Positions 38,878 to 48,943 of a stretch of 64,000 nt of DNA are shown here, piece by piece. The position numbers were made by a program, and so were the translations under genes. The stretch is from a virus (taxonomy: Duplodnaviria; Caudoviricetes). The DNA lies in IMG/VR virus record IMGVR_UViG_3300010354_000081, positions 1,465 to 65,464 of that record. The stretch is one strand, 5' to 3'. A model generated the notes under the pieces. The model was not told the origin of the DNA. It did not search any database and was given only the letters and a program-made list of their open reading frames with translations. Every line of letters begins with the position of its first letter. Positions within the stretch are counted from its first letter, which is position 1.

Positions 38878-40334
38878 CGCTTCAATAGCGCAGCAATACC
38901 TTCATCATTTTTAATTCTGCCTCCTCTTGCCGCAGCCGTACTTCCACCCGCTGTACTTGAACTTGCTGGCGCAGTATCCGCACTTGCAAATTCGTTGACG
39001 CCGCCGTATGCAAACGGATTAAATGACCCAAACCCATAGCCTAATTGCTGTGGAGTCATCATAGTCGTGTTGTACAGGGGTTGAGCAAACTCAGGCGACC
39101 TTGCGTAGTTCGTATAACTACTTAAGTAAATTGGCTGATTGTACTGACCGCTTGGCCCAAACTCTTGATAGCCGGGACGGAATGTCGCAGTGTACGCACG
39201 TTGAAAATCTTGCGATCTTTGGAACTCAGGTGAGTTTGCCAGCCTAGATACCAATCCCTGACCAGTCAGCCCACGAGTCATCTCTTGACTGTAATACGCA
39301 AGTCCTTCGGGGTCTGGCTGTCTATTCAAAAGCCTTTGATACGCCATGTTCACCAAATCAGAACGCGCATCAGGCCCTGCATAAAATGGGTTGTATTCTC
39401 GTCCACCAGTAAACGGAGCGCCTAAAAAACCGCCCGGACGATTGATAGCTGTACCTTGCCCAGTGCGAGCTGCTTCTTCTGCTGCCCTTCTAGCTGCTTC
39501 TTCTGCTGCCCTTCTAGCTGCTTCTTCTGCCGCCCTTCTAGCTGCTTCTTGTTGCGATACGTTTACGAGTGTTTCTCCTTTAGCTTTAGCTCCTTCACGC
39601 CACGCATTTAACTCGTCCTGCGAAACTTTACCATCAGCCGCAATTTGACTAGTCCACCAATCCAAACCCGCTGGGTCTGCTGGACGATTTAATTCGTTCG
39701 TATAGAGATTACTGATGTAGTTTCTTATGGCGTCAGTATTTCCTTCAAAGAGCGTAGCACCACCCGCATTAATCCAGTTACTACCACCGCCGCCACCCGT
39801 AGTAGTTGCAGTTCCACCACCCCCACCAGTGTTTGTAGTTGCCCCACCCCCACCCGTAGTAGTTGTAGTTCCACCACCCCCACCCGTAGTAGTTGTAGTT
39901 CCACCACCCCCACCCGTAGTAGTTGTAGTTCCACCACCTCCACCAGTAGAAGCCGCAGCCGTCGTGGTAGGTGTAAATGGAACATAGGCCGGTACGTCTG
40001 CCTTATATGCAGGGTTTGCCACCATATATTGCCCGGGACCCGCCATGCTACCGGTTTGGTAATAAAAGTCAGAGTCCTCTGGTGGTACTACTCCTGCGGC
40101 GGCTGGTACATACGCTGGACCCTTATATTCGGGGTTTGCCACCATAAATTGACCGGGACCTGACATGCTACCAGTTTGATAGTAATAGTCAGAATCCTCT
40201 GCTGGTACGCTGCCTGCGGGTGCTGGCTCGTTACCTACACCATAAATACGCCCATACCCACCCGGCTTTACACGTGTAGCGCAAGAGCCAAACGGCTCGC
40301 CCAAAGCTTCTAGTTGTCGTCTTGAATAGCTCAT
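38874..40334 (-). CDS. Repeat-rich virion-region protein with two DUF4214-like segments
   Basis: LY..ELNRPADPAGLDWW and AYQRLLNRQPDPEGLAYY..SPEF; G5T5 and RRAAEEAA repeats. Confidence 0.65.
   Translation of the reverse strand: MSYSRRQLEALGEPFGSCATRVKPGGYGRIYGVGNEPAPAGSVPAEDSDYYYQTGSMSGPGQFMVANPEYKGPAYVPAAAGVVPPEDSDFYYQTGSMAGPGQYMVANPAYKADVPAYVPFTPTTTAAASTGGGGGTTTTTGGGGGTTTTTGGGGGTTTTTGGGGATTNTGGGGGTATTTGGGGGSNWINAGGATLFEGNTDAIRNYISNLYTNELNRPADPAGLDWWTSQIAADGKVSQDELNAWREGAKAKGETLVNVSQQEAARRAAEEAARRAAEEAARRAAEEAARTGQGTAINRPGGFLGAPFTGGREYNPFYAGPDARSDLVNMAYQRLLNRQPDPEGLAYYSQEMTRGLTGQGLVSRLANSPEFQRSQDFQRAYTATFRPGYQEFGPSGQYNQPIYLSSYTNYARSPEFAQPLYNTTMMTPQQLGYGFGSFNPFAYGGVNEFASADTAPASSSTAGGSTAAARGGRIKNDEGIAALLKR
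39469..39550. repeat. 24-bp tandem repeat (about 3.4 copies; RRAAEEAA)
   Basis: gctgcttcttctgctgcccttcta repeated. Confidence 0.9.
39784..39948. repeat. 30-bp tandem repeat (about 5.5 copies; GGGGGTTTTT)
   Basis: ccaccacccccacccgtagtagttgtagtt repeated. Confidence 0.9.
39981..40220. repeat. 120-bp imperfect tandem duplication
   Basis: EDSD.YYQTGSM.GPGQ.MVANP.YK..AYVP occurs twice. Confidence 0.85.
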
Positions 40335-40343
40335 AGCAAATCC

Positions 40344-41306
40344 TTAAGCGGGCACAAATTTGCGAGGGTTGATCTCTCTACCTTGCTTTTTGTTGCCTGT
40401 ACGTGCACGGCGCACTTTGTCCATCATGTCGTAGAGTTGTTTGGCACCTGCATCAGTTGAGCCATTACCTAAATGCGACACCACATCAGCAGGAACCACA
40501 AACTCACCGTCAGCAAGCCGAGCAGGTTGGCGGCGACCAATACGAGCAGGAATCGAATCCGACATGCCATCTCCGGGTCCTTTCAACAGTCTGCCGCCAT
40601 CAGAGTAACCACCAAGATCAGCGATACCACCCCTTGCCATCATTGTAACGGGGGTACCAGTCAGCCGAGCCGTGCTGCCAAGATCAATATCGGTAATCCC
40701 ACCACCTCCAGCAAACGCGGGACGATACATTTCTGGTCTAAACCGGAATCTTTTTAGCGGACCATCGTACTCATTAGATGGGGCTGAAAAATTAGGCTGG
40801 TTAAATAGCGTATTGGAAAGACTACTGCCCGACATTGCAGCCTGTCCCGGGTTCTGAACGATGTAATTACCAAGTCGTTGCCCAAACTCAGGACCGCCCG
40901 GAGTGGACTTGAAGATGTCCATGAAACCAGTTTGTGGTACGACGTTCCCGGCAGTTTGGGTTATTGGTCCAACATTAAGCCCTGACTGCGCGTTTAACAT
41001 ACTTTGTTGCGCAGCTTCTCTTGACAGCCCGGCTGCCATAAGATCATCCAAACTACTTGCCGCAGCCGTCCCTACGTTGGCTCCTACATTCGCCCCGACA
41101 TTCGCCCCCACGTTAGCAGCGGTAGAACCCGCAGTACTAGCCGCAGTACCCGCTGCCTGCCCCCCTAAAGCTTGCCCAATGCCCGGCATAACTGCACCGC
41201 CCAAAGCTCCAAAGAGCGCTCCTTTTAGGGGGTCACCACCTGTTAGGGCTGATGTACCTGCACCGGTTGCTGCGCCAACAAGTAGCGCTGTTTCTAAGCC
41301 GCCCAT
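40344..41306 (-). CDS. Putative internal virion protein
   Basis: Gly/Ala-rich hydrophobic N-terminus; C-terminal GPGDGMSDSIPA...LADGEFVVPADVV domain. Confidence 0.7.
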   Translation of the reverse strand: MGGLETALLVGAATGAGTSALTGGDPLKGALFGALGGAVMPGIGQALGGQAAGTAASTAGSTAANVGANVGANVGANVGTAAASSLDDLMAAGLSREAAQQSMLNAQSGLNVGPITQTAGNVVPQTGFMDIFKSTPGGPEFGQRLGNYIVQNPGQAAMSGSSLSNTLFNQPNFSAPSNEYDGPLKRFRFRPEMYRPAFAGGGGITDIDLGSTARLTGTPVTMMARGGIADLGGYSDGGRLLKGPGDGMSDSIPARIGRRQPARLADGEFVVPADVVSHLGNGSTDAGAKQLYDMMDKVRRARTGNKKQGREINPRKFVPA

Positions 41307-41350
41307 AAGAGCCTCCTTAATTCGTAACTGGTCATATTATGTTTGAACTG

Positions 41351-42517
41351 TCAAGTGATTACAATGGTTGGCGTGCCTATTCGCCCATAACCAGAAACCC
41401 CGATTGGGGTGATTTCAGTTTTAGGATTAAACGAGGCAGAAACATAGGACACAGTGGCAATAATTGACGGGGTTGCTGGAATTGCCGGGGTTGTACCAGA
41501 TGCTGCAACTGCGGGAAGAGCTTGAACGGTTGTGGCTGTATTGTATGTATGCCACATGATCTCTATGTACTCGCCTGCCTCTAAGTCAATAAAAAAGTTC
41601 AAGGCCGCGACTAGGTGCCCGTCAATACTTCCGTGTTTGTTTGGAACTGAAAACTGACTATTGCTATTGGCTAGGTCAGCCGAAGCACTAAGCACACCGT
41701 TTTTTCTAAACCAAATATCTATGTCATGGATTTGAGAATCAGTATTTACCAACTGGGCGCTAAACTGAATATTGTATCTTCCAGAGTAAGTAACTACTAA
41801 CTTTGATGATCTAGTTCCAGTGATTGTTGTACTGCTTACAGTCTGTGAAACACTTACGGAATAGGTTCCCGTACCGCCTGCCGTGCCGGTTAACTGAGTA
41901 ACTATGTATGTATTAGCCGAAACCCCCGTTCCAGTAATAAGCATTCCGGGCAGTATTGACCCAGCACTATTGGCTGTAACGGTTAGGGTGGTTGTAGCTA
42001 TCGAACCAGTAAATGTGGCTGTATGGCTGCCAATACTGACCCCATAGGAATAGTCCGTGGTGTCATAGGTCAGCGCATAGGCTGTGGTTATGTTGCCGTC
42101 TGCCTGATTTAAGGTGCTAGAAAACGCCCCGTGTGGGAAATTGATTTGCCTGCCAGCACCGGTAAACAAACTGGCGTTGACGTTGGAACCAGTTAAATTA
42201 TTGAAAACACCATTCCCGCCTTGGAAGTTTGCAGCGGTGACCGTATTGGCCTGAAGCTGTTGTATGGTGGCAAATAGTGATGTCAGATTGGCAGTATTTA
42301 CATTTGTTGCGTTTACGTTGGTCGCGTCAACCGTATTAGCGTAGATCGTATCGAACGGTCCTGTGTAGGCTAGGGTGCGGATGATCTCACCAATGGCATT
42401 GTCGATTGTGTTGAAGTACAACCGCAAGACGTTAGTAAGCTGATCCTGATACCTAGCCTCATACTCGACAGTAGCTATCGGTAAGTTGGGAGCCTTTGAC
42501 GGGATGAGGGTAGCCAT
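41351..42517 (-). CDS. Tail-associated protein (needle/fibre-like)
   Basis: PNLP...LRLYF N-terminus, NAT repeats, beta-rich C1q-like C-terminus; follows the tail hub gene. Confidence 0.55.
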   Translation of the reverse strand: MATLIPSKAPNLPIATVEYEARYQDQLTNVLRLYFNTIDNAIGEIIRTLAYTGPFDTIYANTVDATNVNATNVNTANLTSLFATIQQLQANTVTAANFQGGNGVFNNLTGSNVNASLFTGAGRQINFPHGAFSSTLNQADGNITTAYALTYDTTDYSYGVSIGSHTATFTGSIATTTLTVTANSAGSILPGMLITGTGVSANTYIVTQLTGTAGGTGTYSVSVSQTVSSTTITGTRSSKLVVTYSGRYNIQFSAQLVNTDSQIHDIDIWFRKNGVLSASADLANSNSQFSVPNKHGSIDGHLVAALNFFIDLEAGEYIEIMWHTYNTATTVQALPAVAASGTTPAIPATPSIIATVSYVSASFNPKTEITPIGVSGYGRIGTPTIVIT

Positions 42518-44625
42518 TACCTGCGACCATCCGGCTTGATGTCGATTCGAGGGGCACCCAACTGCCACGTAGCCCCAAGCTGATTGGACTCAACTTTAAA
42601 TGCCATCTGCCGCCCACGAACACGTACATATACGTACTCAGTAAATGCTTCGATTGGTACTGTTGCCGTGCGCGTCACCGTACCAGAATCAGAACCCCCT
42701 ACGGATGGTGGGTTAGTGTATCCAGAGCCAGAGTTCTTTAGCGGTATCAAAGTCATCGTCGCTTGCGGGGCGTTAGTAGTGGAGCCACGGAACGTAATGT
42801 CGGGCACGATACGCCAGATAAACCCGAAGTTATGCCCGTCCTCGATGTCAAATTCTGAAGACGTTATGTAGGCATTCATCGCAACCGGCGTGCCAGTAGT
42901 ATTGTCGTCCAGACCATTCTCGTGATACACCAAGGTGTTGCTATATGTAGCAGCAAGTGGGTAGTCAAGAATACCGCTGTCAAGCCATGCGGTGCGCCCC
43001 ATCGTGCCGTAGTACCAGATGTCTTCGAGGTAGTTGTACACGACATACTTGTCGATAACTGTGGAGTCAGCAGAACAATAGAACCACCAGACCTCGTTAA
43101 AGCCTTCGTTTGTACCCGCAAATATTTGCGCCGCTTGTGAAGTATTGATGTCGCTAAAAATATATTGCCGCAGATCGCAACGCAAAGTCTGCACCCGACC
43201 GTCATACTTGTAGAACTTATCTACACCGATCCAGTACACAATGCCGGAAGCAACCGCTACGCAGTTCTGACCTTGTATAGAGATGTTGTCCGCAAGAAGC
43301 TGGGCACTCCATACATAAGGCGGTCCAAGATACTGCAACGAGTACACAGTACTATCGGTGAACACTACAATCTCTTGACGTGTCTGTAGCGCCGTAACAA
43401 TCTCTGAGCCATGCGACAGCGTAAGACTACCTGCTTGTGTAGTTGCCGCTGGCGTCCAGTTAACTGCATCTTCCTGATCCGACCACCTAATTAGCATTGG
43501 ATTTAGCTCGGTGTCGGTGTAGTCGTTGGTTCCGAACGCAAACACAAACCGGAAGATGTCAGACACAAACACGAAGTTCTGTACCACCGGAACGTCCGAT
43601 GCCCCACCAAAGTCGGCTAAGTTAACCGCACGGGAAGATATGTACTGCGTACCAGACCCAGCACCACTAGTATTTACAAGCGCCCCAGTTGCCGTTGTGG
43701 AGACATTAAATACAGTAGTGCCCCCAGTAATTACACCGTTGCGTACGTAGTAAGTCGTGCCAGTTGTCAGCCCAGTAGGTAAAGCACCCGAAGTCTCAAG
43801 CGTAATTGGTGTACCGTCAAACAGTGGTACCGCTGCTGTAAGTACTGCTGGAGAAGCAACAGTGATGGTCACAACTACAGGAGTAGGGCCAATAGCGGTA
43901 ACCCAGTAATAAATAGCTCCACCGCGAGGGCCGAACACTAAATCTTGCCCAAAATTACTTTGGCTCCACAGGCTCATGGCACCAAAAGTTGTTTCTCCAA
44001 AACCCCAAGCGTCGCTTCCCCAGCCACCTGCGCCCCAACCACTTAAGGGTATAGCTGCCGCAGCACCTGTATTAATCTGGTACACCGCACGGACAGTAGA
44101 GCCTCCATTACCAGAATCCCCAGCGGTGGCGTTAACGCCCACAGTTATTGTGTAAGTATTGGCGCTAAGCACCGTGACTTGATGCTCGGTATTTAGAATA
44201 GCCGCAGTAATAGCCCCGCCCAAACTAACCGCACCGTTATAAGTAACGAAATCCCCTGTTGTGCAACCATGCGACGTGTCTGTAACCGTAATTACCGGGG
44301 AGCCATTACTTGCTGCAAACGGACCGTTTAGCGTCGCCGCAGCACGTATGGGGGTGATGTCGTAGTAGCCGCCACCCCGGGAAATATAAAACTTGAGGTT
44401 TGTACCTACGCCAATCAAAGTGACGAACTGAAGCGTAACCCACGCCCAAAGTGATCGGCACACTCCTAAAAACGTGTTTACACTTAGTGGCGTCCAACCA
44501 CCTACTTTTTCTGGCGTGCCTTGACGAAATCTGATCTTGTCGCAGTCGTAATAGCCCCCTTCGGTTGTATACCGTGTGTTCTCGCGGTTAACGCCGGGGC
44601 GGAACAATAACTTTTTGAGAGGCAT
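42517..44625 (-). CDS. Tail tubular/DNA stabilization protein (P22 gp10-like)
   Basis: 702 aa; RFRQG.PEK.GGW, IRWSDQE, RVRGRQ, PDGRR; beta-propeller character. Confidence 0.7.
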   Translation of the reverse strand: MPLKKLLFRPGVNRENTRYTTEGGYYDCDKIRFRQGTPEKVGGWTPLSVNTFLGVCRSLWAWVTLQFVTLIGVGTNLKFYISRGGGYYDITPIRAAATLNGPFAASNGSPVITVTDTSHGCTTGDFVTYNGAVSLGGAITAAILNTEHQVTVLSANTYTITVGVNATAGDSGNGGSTVRAVYQINTGAAAAIPLSGWGAGGWGSDAWGFGETTFGAMSLWSQSNFGQDLVFGPRGGAIYYWVTAIGPTPVVVTITVASPAVLTAAVPLFDGTPITLETSGALPTGLTTGTTYYVRNGVITGGTTVFNVSTTATGALVNTSGAGSGTQYISSRAVNLADFGGASDVPVVQNFVFVSDIFRFVFAFGTNDYTDTELNPMLIRWSDQEDAVNWTPAATTQAGSLTLSHGSEIVTALQTRQEIVVFTDSTVYSLQYLGPPYVWSAQLLADNISIQGQNCVAVASGIVYWIGVDKFYKYDGRVQTLRCDLRQYIFSDINTSQAAQIFAGTNEGFNEVWWFYCSADSTVIDKYVVYNYLEDIWYYGTMGRTAWLDSGILDYPLAATYSNTLVYHENGLDDNTTGTPVAMNAYITSSEFDIEDGHNFGFIWRIVPDITFRGSTTNAPQATMTLIPLKNSGSGYTNPPSVGGSDSGTVTRTATVPIEAFTEYVYVRVRGRQMAFKVESNQLGATWQLGAPRIDIKPDGRR

Positions 44626-45099
44626 TTATTTCACCGTTTGTCTGGCCGCGTCATACTGGGCGTAGCATTGCTTGAGGGCGATTCTGAGTTCGTCGGCTTC
44701 TCTAGCGACCCTGACAAGAAATTCGCCATCCTCTCGGTAAAGCTGCTTTCCGGTACAGGCACTTGATCCAACGCCGGTGGTACTGGGCACGGTACTTGTT
44801 TGGGAGGTGGGGCGAGTTTGGCGGTCGCGCAGGCTGTTAGCAAGAGCGGTATTCCTAGCAGCAATTTCACGGATTTCACGATCTTTCTCCTGTCGCAACC
44901 TATCTGCACCCATCTGGAGTTGTTGCTGTTTCTCTACAGACTCCTCCATCGCCTTAACATACTGAACATACTGGGCAGTCTTTTCGTTATCCCACTGCTG
45001 TTGAATCTTGGCTCGCCCTGCCTGATTTCCTTGATAATACCCCCCAGTAGCCGCTGCGCCAACAGCTAAGACGAAGGCAAGTATCAGCCACGGGTTCAC
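44626..45099 (-). CDS. Rz: Inner-membrane spanin
   Basis: N-terminal TM, coiled coil, follows the endolysin. Confidence 0.8.
   Translation of the reverse strand: MNPWLILAFVLAVGAAATGGYYQGNQAGRAKIQQQWDNEKTAQYVQYVKAMEESVEKQQQLQMGADRLRQEKDREIREIAARNTALANSLRDRQTRPTSQTSTVPSTTGVGSSACTGKQLYREDGEFLVRVAREADELRIALKQCYAQYDAARQTVK
44631..44879 (-). CDS. Rz1: Outer-membrane spanin lipoprotein embedded in Rz
   Basis: GTG start with AGGAG RBS; lipobox LLLTAC; Pro-rich mature part; alternative frame inside Rz. Confidence 0.75.
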   Translation of the reverse strand: MKSVKLLLGIPLLLTACATAKLAPPPKQVPCPVPPALDQVPVPESSFTERMANFLSGSLEKPTNSESPSSNATPSMTRPDKR

Positions 45100-45581
45100 T
45101 TTGGCTCCGAGAAGTACAGGGCGATCTCATCGTTTCGACGCTTGACCAGCCCCGGCAAGACTTTGCCACCCGCCTTGGTGAACTTCAGGAACTCCTGCTT
45201 CACGCCGTCAAAGTCCCCACGGTTGTGCTTCTGCCGCAGGGTTGACCGTTGGAGAGTGCCTAGCCCAACATTGAATGCAAAGCTGACCAACGCTCCCAAG
45301 CGATTTTCGTTAAGATGGTCAGGGCAGTAACGAAGAACGCCAGCGACAAAGCGCTGTAAGTCTTTCTCAAGGATTTTATCCACTTCGTCTTTGCTGAATA
45401 CACGGAAGTCCTCTATCTTTAGTGCGAACTTGTCGCGTTGATCAATTGGCATCTTACCCTGCTCAGGGTAGAGCACATGCCCCACCCCGATAGTCCACAG
45501 CTTTGCCGGACACTTGTAGGGCTTGTACCGCACCCCCTCGTGATGCTTAATCATTGCAATTGTGGCAAGTGGTAGCTTCAT
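45096..45581 (-). CDS. Endolysin, GH24 lysozyme
   Basis: HEG....Y.C....WTIGVGH, ALVSFAFNVG, GLVKRRNDE. Confidence 0.93.
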   Translation of the reverse strand: MKLPLATIAMIKHHEGVRYKPYKCPAKLWTIGVGHVLYPEQGKMPIDQRDKFALKIEDFRVFSKDEVDKILEKDLQRFVAGVLRYCPDHLNENRLGALVSFAFNVGLGTLQRSTLRQKHNRGDFDGVKQEFLKFTKAGGKVLPGLVKRRNDEIALYFSEPK

Positions 45582-45648
45582 GGCAAATTAACTATCAAAT
45601 AAGCACACAAACCGACGGTAATTAACAGCTTGGCGTAGACCAGATAGA

Positions 45649-46161
45649 TCACTTACCAGCCTTGCTGTTACCACGGGAACCAAACCACATTGCGATGATC
45701 GTGCCCAAGAGCGCCATCTCATCCGCGTCAAACACAATCTCCATGATCTGAATCAACTCGCCAATGGAAGTCACCTTGTCGCCGTGTAGGAAAATCCACA
45801 GCATTGTCAGCAGGTTGATCAGGACTAGCTCAAACACAAAGATGAACGTGACAAACGGACGGGTAGCCGCCGTCATGTCCTTGACCCACTGGGATGAAGA
45901 CTCCAACAGCTTCTCTTGGTTGCCGTAGACCATGCCCATCTGAGCCATGTACTGCTGGTGATCCTGCTCGTCATTCTCGCGGACTTCTTCTGTTTTATCC
46001 GCCGGGGAATAGCCCTTGTCAGTCAGCCGGAGTTGCTGCTGCATCTGCATGTGCAAAATGTCCAATTCGTGCTTCTTATCCGCACGGTCTTGCAAAATGT
46101 CAAAGAGTCTTGGGAACAGAGCGACAATGTAGCCGCCAATAGTAGAGATCAGAGTCAGCAT
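45649..46161 (-). CDS. Putative holin
   Basis: TM segments, RPFVT and WFGSR motifs, upstream of the endolysin. Confidence 0.7.
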   Translation of the reverse strand: MLTLISTIGGYIVALFPRLFDILQDRADKKHELDILHMQMQQQLRLTDKGYSPADKTEEVRENDEQDHQQYMAQMGMVYGNQEKLLESSSQWVKDMTAATRPFVTFIFVFELVLINLLTMLWIFLHGDKVTSIGELIQIMEIVFDADEMALLGTIIAMWFGSRGNSKAGK

Positions 46162-46170
46162 GATTGCTCC

Positions 46171-46476
46171 TTATTTACCGTACATCCGTTCAATTTGTAT
46201 TTCTTTGCGCAACTCCCGCATCTTCTTTACTTCTTGTACCGCTGCCTGTGTTGCGTAATACATGTCGTAGTACATAAAGGCAAGAACTGGCATCACGATG
46301 AAGAACGTCAACAGCACGGCAAGCACCACGACAATCAGTGACCAAGGGACGTTTTCATCATTGTGCTTCTTGTCGTCAGCCACATCAGCCCCACTGCCCA
46401 CGCTACTACGAAAACCACGGCTGAAATCCACGTTAGCTTTGCCCTGATTTCCGCTATTCTTTTTCTGCGTCGCCAT
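46171..46476 (-). CDS. Single-TM membrane protein overlapping the upstream gene
   Basis: One long hydrophobic helix; true start uncertain. Confidence 0.6.
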   Translation of the reverse strand: MATQKKNSGNQGKANVDFSRGFRSSVGSGADVADDKKHNDENVPWSLIVVVLAVLLTFFIVMPVLAFMYYDMYYATQAAVQEVKKMRELRKEIQIERMYGK

Positions 46477-47021
46477 CTTGCGATTTGTATCAGTCTAAGT
46501 TCCTCGGCGTGGGCTGCTTCCTGCTCTTTGACGATGGTCTGCCACATGTCTTCAAACTTGCTCCAGAGTGACCCCAACTCCGGCGGCGCTCGGTACACCA
46601 TTGTCTCTCGTATCTCCGCCAACATAGCATCCAGCCTCGTCGTTATGATAATGCGCCGCAGTGCCCGTCTACCAATACTCTCGTCACCTTTGTATACCTT
46701 GCTACCTTCCATCTGTTCTGCCAGTAACGCCTTACTCAGAGCATCGTAGCTGTCCATCAACACACCCAACTGATCACCGATTTGGGTGTAAACGTCGTTG
46801 GGGTCAGACTTGGCTATCTCCTGCACCCTCTGCACTTCCGCGTGGTACTGCTGTTTCTGTATAGGTGTCGGGTCAACAATCTTGTTGTACTGCTCTTTCA
46901 AATCATTCAGCACGTCTTTGACGTCACCCGCTGCGCCCTTGATCTCTTTGTAAAGCTCACAGCCCTTCTTAACCGCCGCAACAGCAGCATTTGCAGCAGC
47001 GAGAAGGGTTAGCGGGTCAAT
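46335..47021 (-). CDS. Coiled-coil protein with C-terminal TM; probable ATT start
   Basis: Frame open to an in-frame TAA at 47027-47025; reads (I)DPLTLLAAANAAVAAVKKGCELYK... Confidence 0.65.
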   Translation of the reverse strand: MDPLTLLAAANAAVAAVKKGCELYKEIKGAAGDVKDVLNDLKEQYNKIVDPTPIQKQQYHAEVQRVQEIAKSDPNDVYTQIGDQLGVLMDSYDALSKALLAEQMEGSKVYKGDESIGRRALRRIIITTRLDAMLAEIRETMVYRAPPELGSLWSKFEDMWQTIVKEQEAAHAEELRLIQIARWRRRKRIAEIRAKLTWISAVVFVVAWAVGLMWLTTRSTMMKTSLGH

Positions 47022-47032
47022 TTTTTACCCCA

Positions 47033-47374
47033 TCAAGCGTTCAACGCAGTTAGTCTGCCCCAAACCCAAGCCGAAGCCGCAGCCGGATCGAACGGTATCG
47101 TAGCCTCTGGGTCATTAGGATTGGCAGGGTCAGGCTGTGTCCAATTTGCGCCAACTTGCGCCAGATAAGCCTGAAGGTCAGCTTGCGTAGGGATGACTTC
47201 CGCATCGCCTGTGTTGTTGTCCTCAGAGATGCCAATCATCACCATGTCTCGCGGAGAAGGCGTAGATGGGTCGCCAACGACAAAAACCCCACCGACACCC
47301 TCTGGGTGCAGGCAGAGAAAGGAAGGTACGGTGCCGTCAGCGTTAAGACGGTACTTGATGCATTGGTGTGCCAT
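47033..47374 (-). CDS. Hypothetical protein of the propeller module
   Basis: MAHQCIKYRLNADGTVP..., AAGGAG RBS. Confidence 0.75.
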   Translation of the reverse strand: MAHQCIKYRLNADGTVPSFLCLHPEGVGGVFVVGDPSTPSPRDMVMIGISEDNNTGDAEVIPTQADLQAYLAQVGANWTQPDPANPNDPEATIPFDPAAASAWVWGRLTALNA

Positions 47375-48089
47375 GAAAAGCTCCTTGTTGTGCATATTGC
47401 CCACTAAAACAATACGCCCCGAAGTGACCCAGTTCGCACCACGGAGCAACCCAAACCGTACCGCCGTACTGCCGGTACATATGACAAAAGTTGTAGTCTT
47501 CTGACAATAGCTCGTGATCGACGTTCTGTACTTTGAAGAAGTCGTAAACCTCAGCATGTACAGGGATCGTTGAGCCACCGTTCATGTAGTAACCCACATG
47601 CGGACGCAACTTCTCAAAGACATCACGGCGAATCAACATGAACCCAGTACCCGCATGTTTGACTTGGAACGGCTGGTTGGGATCAGTCATATCATGACCG
47701 GGCAACTTGTTCACATTGAACACGCCTGTCAACTTGTACAAGTCTTGGTAGCCTGCCTGCGCCCCTTTTCTGACCGCATCCCAATTGATGCCTTTCATTG
47801 GAACCGCGCCAGCGATGATCCCCTTATCCGCCTTGATCATCCGAGCAATGTCGTTCGGCACGAACTTCTGATCAGCATCAATGAACATCAAGTGCGTAGC
47901 ATCCGTATTCAAGAAGTGCCAAGCAATCGTGTTCCTGCCTCGCTGAATCAAAGATTCGTTACCAAGAAATATGCAGGTCAGTTTGATGTTGTACTGGAGA
48001 CAGGCTTCCTTCAAGGCAAGCAACGACTGCACATATTCCGTGCACATCATGCCGCCATAAGCAGGGGTGCCTATAACCAAGTGCATCAC
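47343..48089 (-). CDS. GT-A fold glycosyltransferase
   Basis: TPAYGG, ESLIQRGRN, FIDAD (DxD), GTGFMLIRR, LSEDY.FC. Confidence 0.88.
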   Translation of the reverse strand: MMHLVIGTPAYGGMMCTEYVQSLLALKEACLQYNIKLTCIFLGNESLIQRGRNTIAWHFLNTDATHLMFIDADQKFVPNDIARMIKADKGIIAGAVPMKGINWDAVRKGAQAGYQDLYKLTGVFNVNKLPGHDMTDPNQPFQVKHAGTGFMLIRRDVFEKLRPHVGYYMNGGSTIPVHAEVYDFFKVQNVDHELLSEDYNFCHMYRQYGGTVWVAPWCELGHFGAYCFSGQYAQQGAFHGTPMHQVPS

Positions 48090-48931
48090 GCCACCTTCTT
48101 GTCAGGGTCAGGTGCCTGCTCTAAGAGCGGCGTATTCGTCAACGACGAGCGATCAAATACCGAGAAGCCGCGACGCTTGGCGAAGGTCTCAGGGTCTTTC
48201 TCCCACTTGTCTGCACAAGCCTCTAGCCAGCGCATCGTCATCTCATGGGTCGGTGCCTGACCGTTAGAGATCAGTTGATTCTCCATGTTCAGGTAAGCAA
48301 AAACTTCAGCCTGAGCTTGTGCCGCATTGATGCCTAAGTCGAACAGGTAGATCAGGTTGCCCTCATCAATCATGCCGTTGCGGCTACGAGCAGCGTTCAA
48401 TGCCTGCTTCATACAAGTCATAATGTGGTAGCGAGACTCTTCGCGCTCGTAATCTTCTTCGGTGATCTCGTTCTTGCCTACCTTTTCCAGCAGTTGCTTG
48501 TGCTGGTTGACCATGAAGTTCATCTTACGCAGTGCGCCGTTCACATGGTTTTGCGTACCTTCGAGGTGGCTGTTGATTTCAAGGATTTCGATCTCTAGCA
48601 GTTCGCGGTCAAGCTCGTCAGTGCAGGATTCAAGTTCTCGTTGCTTCTTTTTCAGTTCGACCTGCTTCTTACGCATATTGACGTAGGCTTCTTGCAGGGC
48701 TGATTTGGTGCGATCAATCTCAGCCAAGGTATGCTTGATGGAGCGGATCGGGGTGATTGCCGTCACATCTAAAGTCACCTGCATGAACTGGGAATGGGAC
48801 TTGTGGAAGTTGCTGGTGTCCTTGGCAACCGCAGGCAAACGGTCTTGGATGTTCTTCAACATCAAGTTGTACTCTGGCTTTTTAACTTCCAAAGCCGTTT
48901 GCATATTGCTGATGATTAGATCGTTTGACAT
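48086..48931 (-). CDS. Coiled-coil hypothetical protein
   Basis: 281 aa, coupled to the glycosyltransferase. Confidence 0.8.
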   Translation of the reverse strand: MSNDLIISNMQTALEVKKPEYNLMLKNIQDRLPAVAKDTSNFHKSHSQFMQVTLDVTAITPIRSIKHTLAEIDRTKSALQEAYVNMRKKQVELKKKQRELESCTDELDRELLEIEILEINSHLEGTQNHVNGALRKMNFMVNQHKQLLEKVGKNEITEEDYEREESRYHIMTCMKQALNAARSRNGMIDEGNLIYLFDLGINAAQAQAEVFAYLNMENQLISNGQAPTHEMTMRWLEACADKWEKDPETFAKRRGFSVFDRSSLTNTPLLEQAPDPDKKVA

Positions 48932-48943
48932 TCTCTCTCCTTT

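Noticed and set aside
41326-41354. TTGACA on the - strand upstream of the ejection genes as a promoter
   Set aside because: No credible -10 element at 16-18 bp spacing
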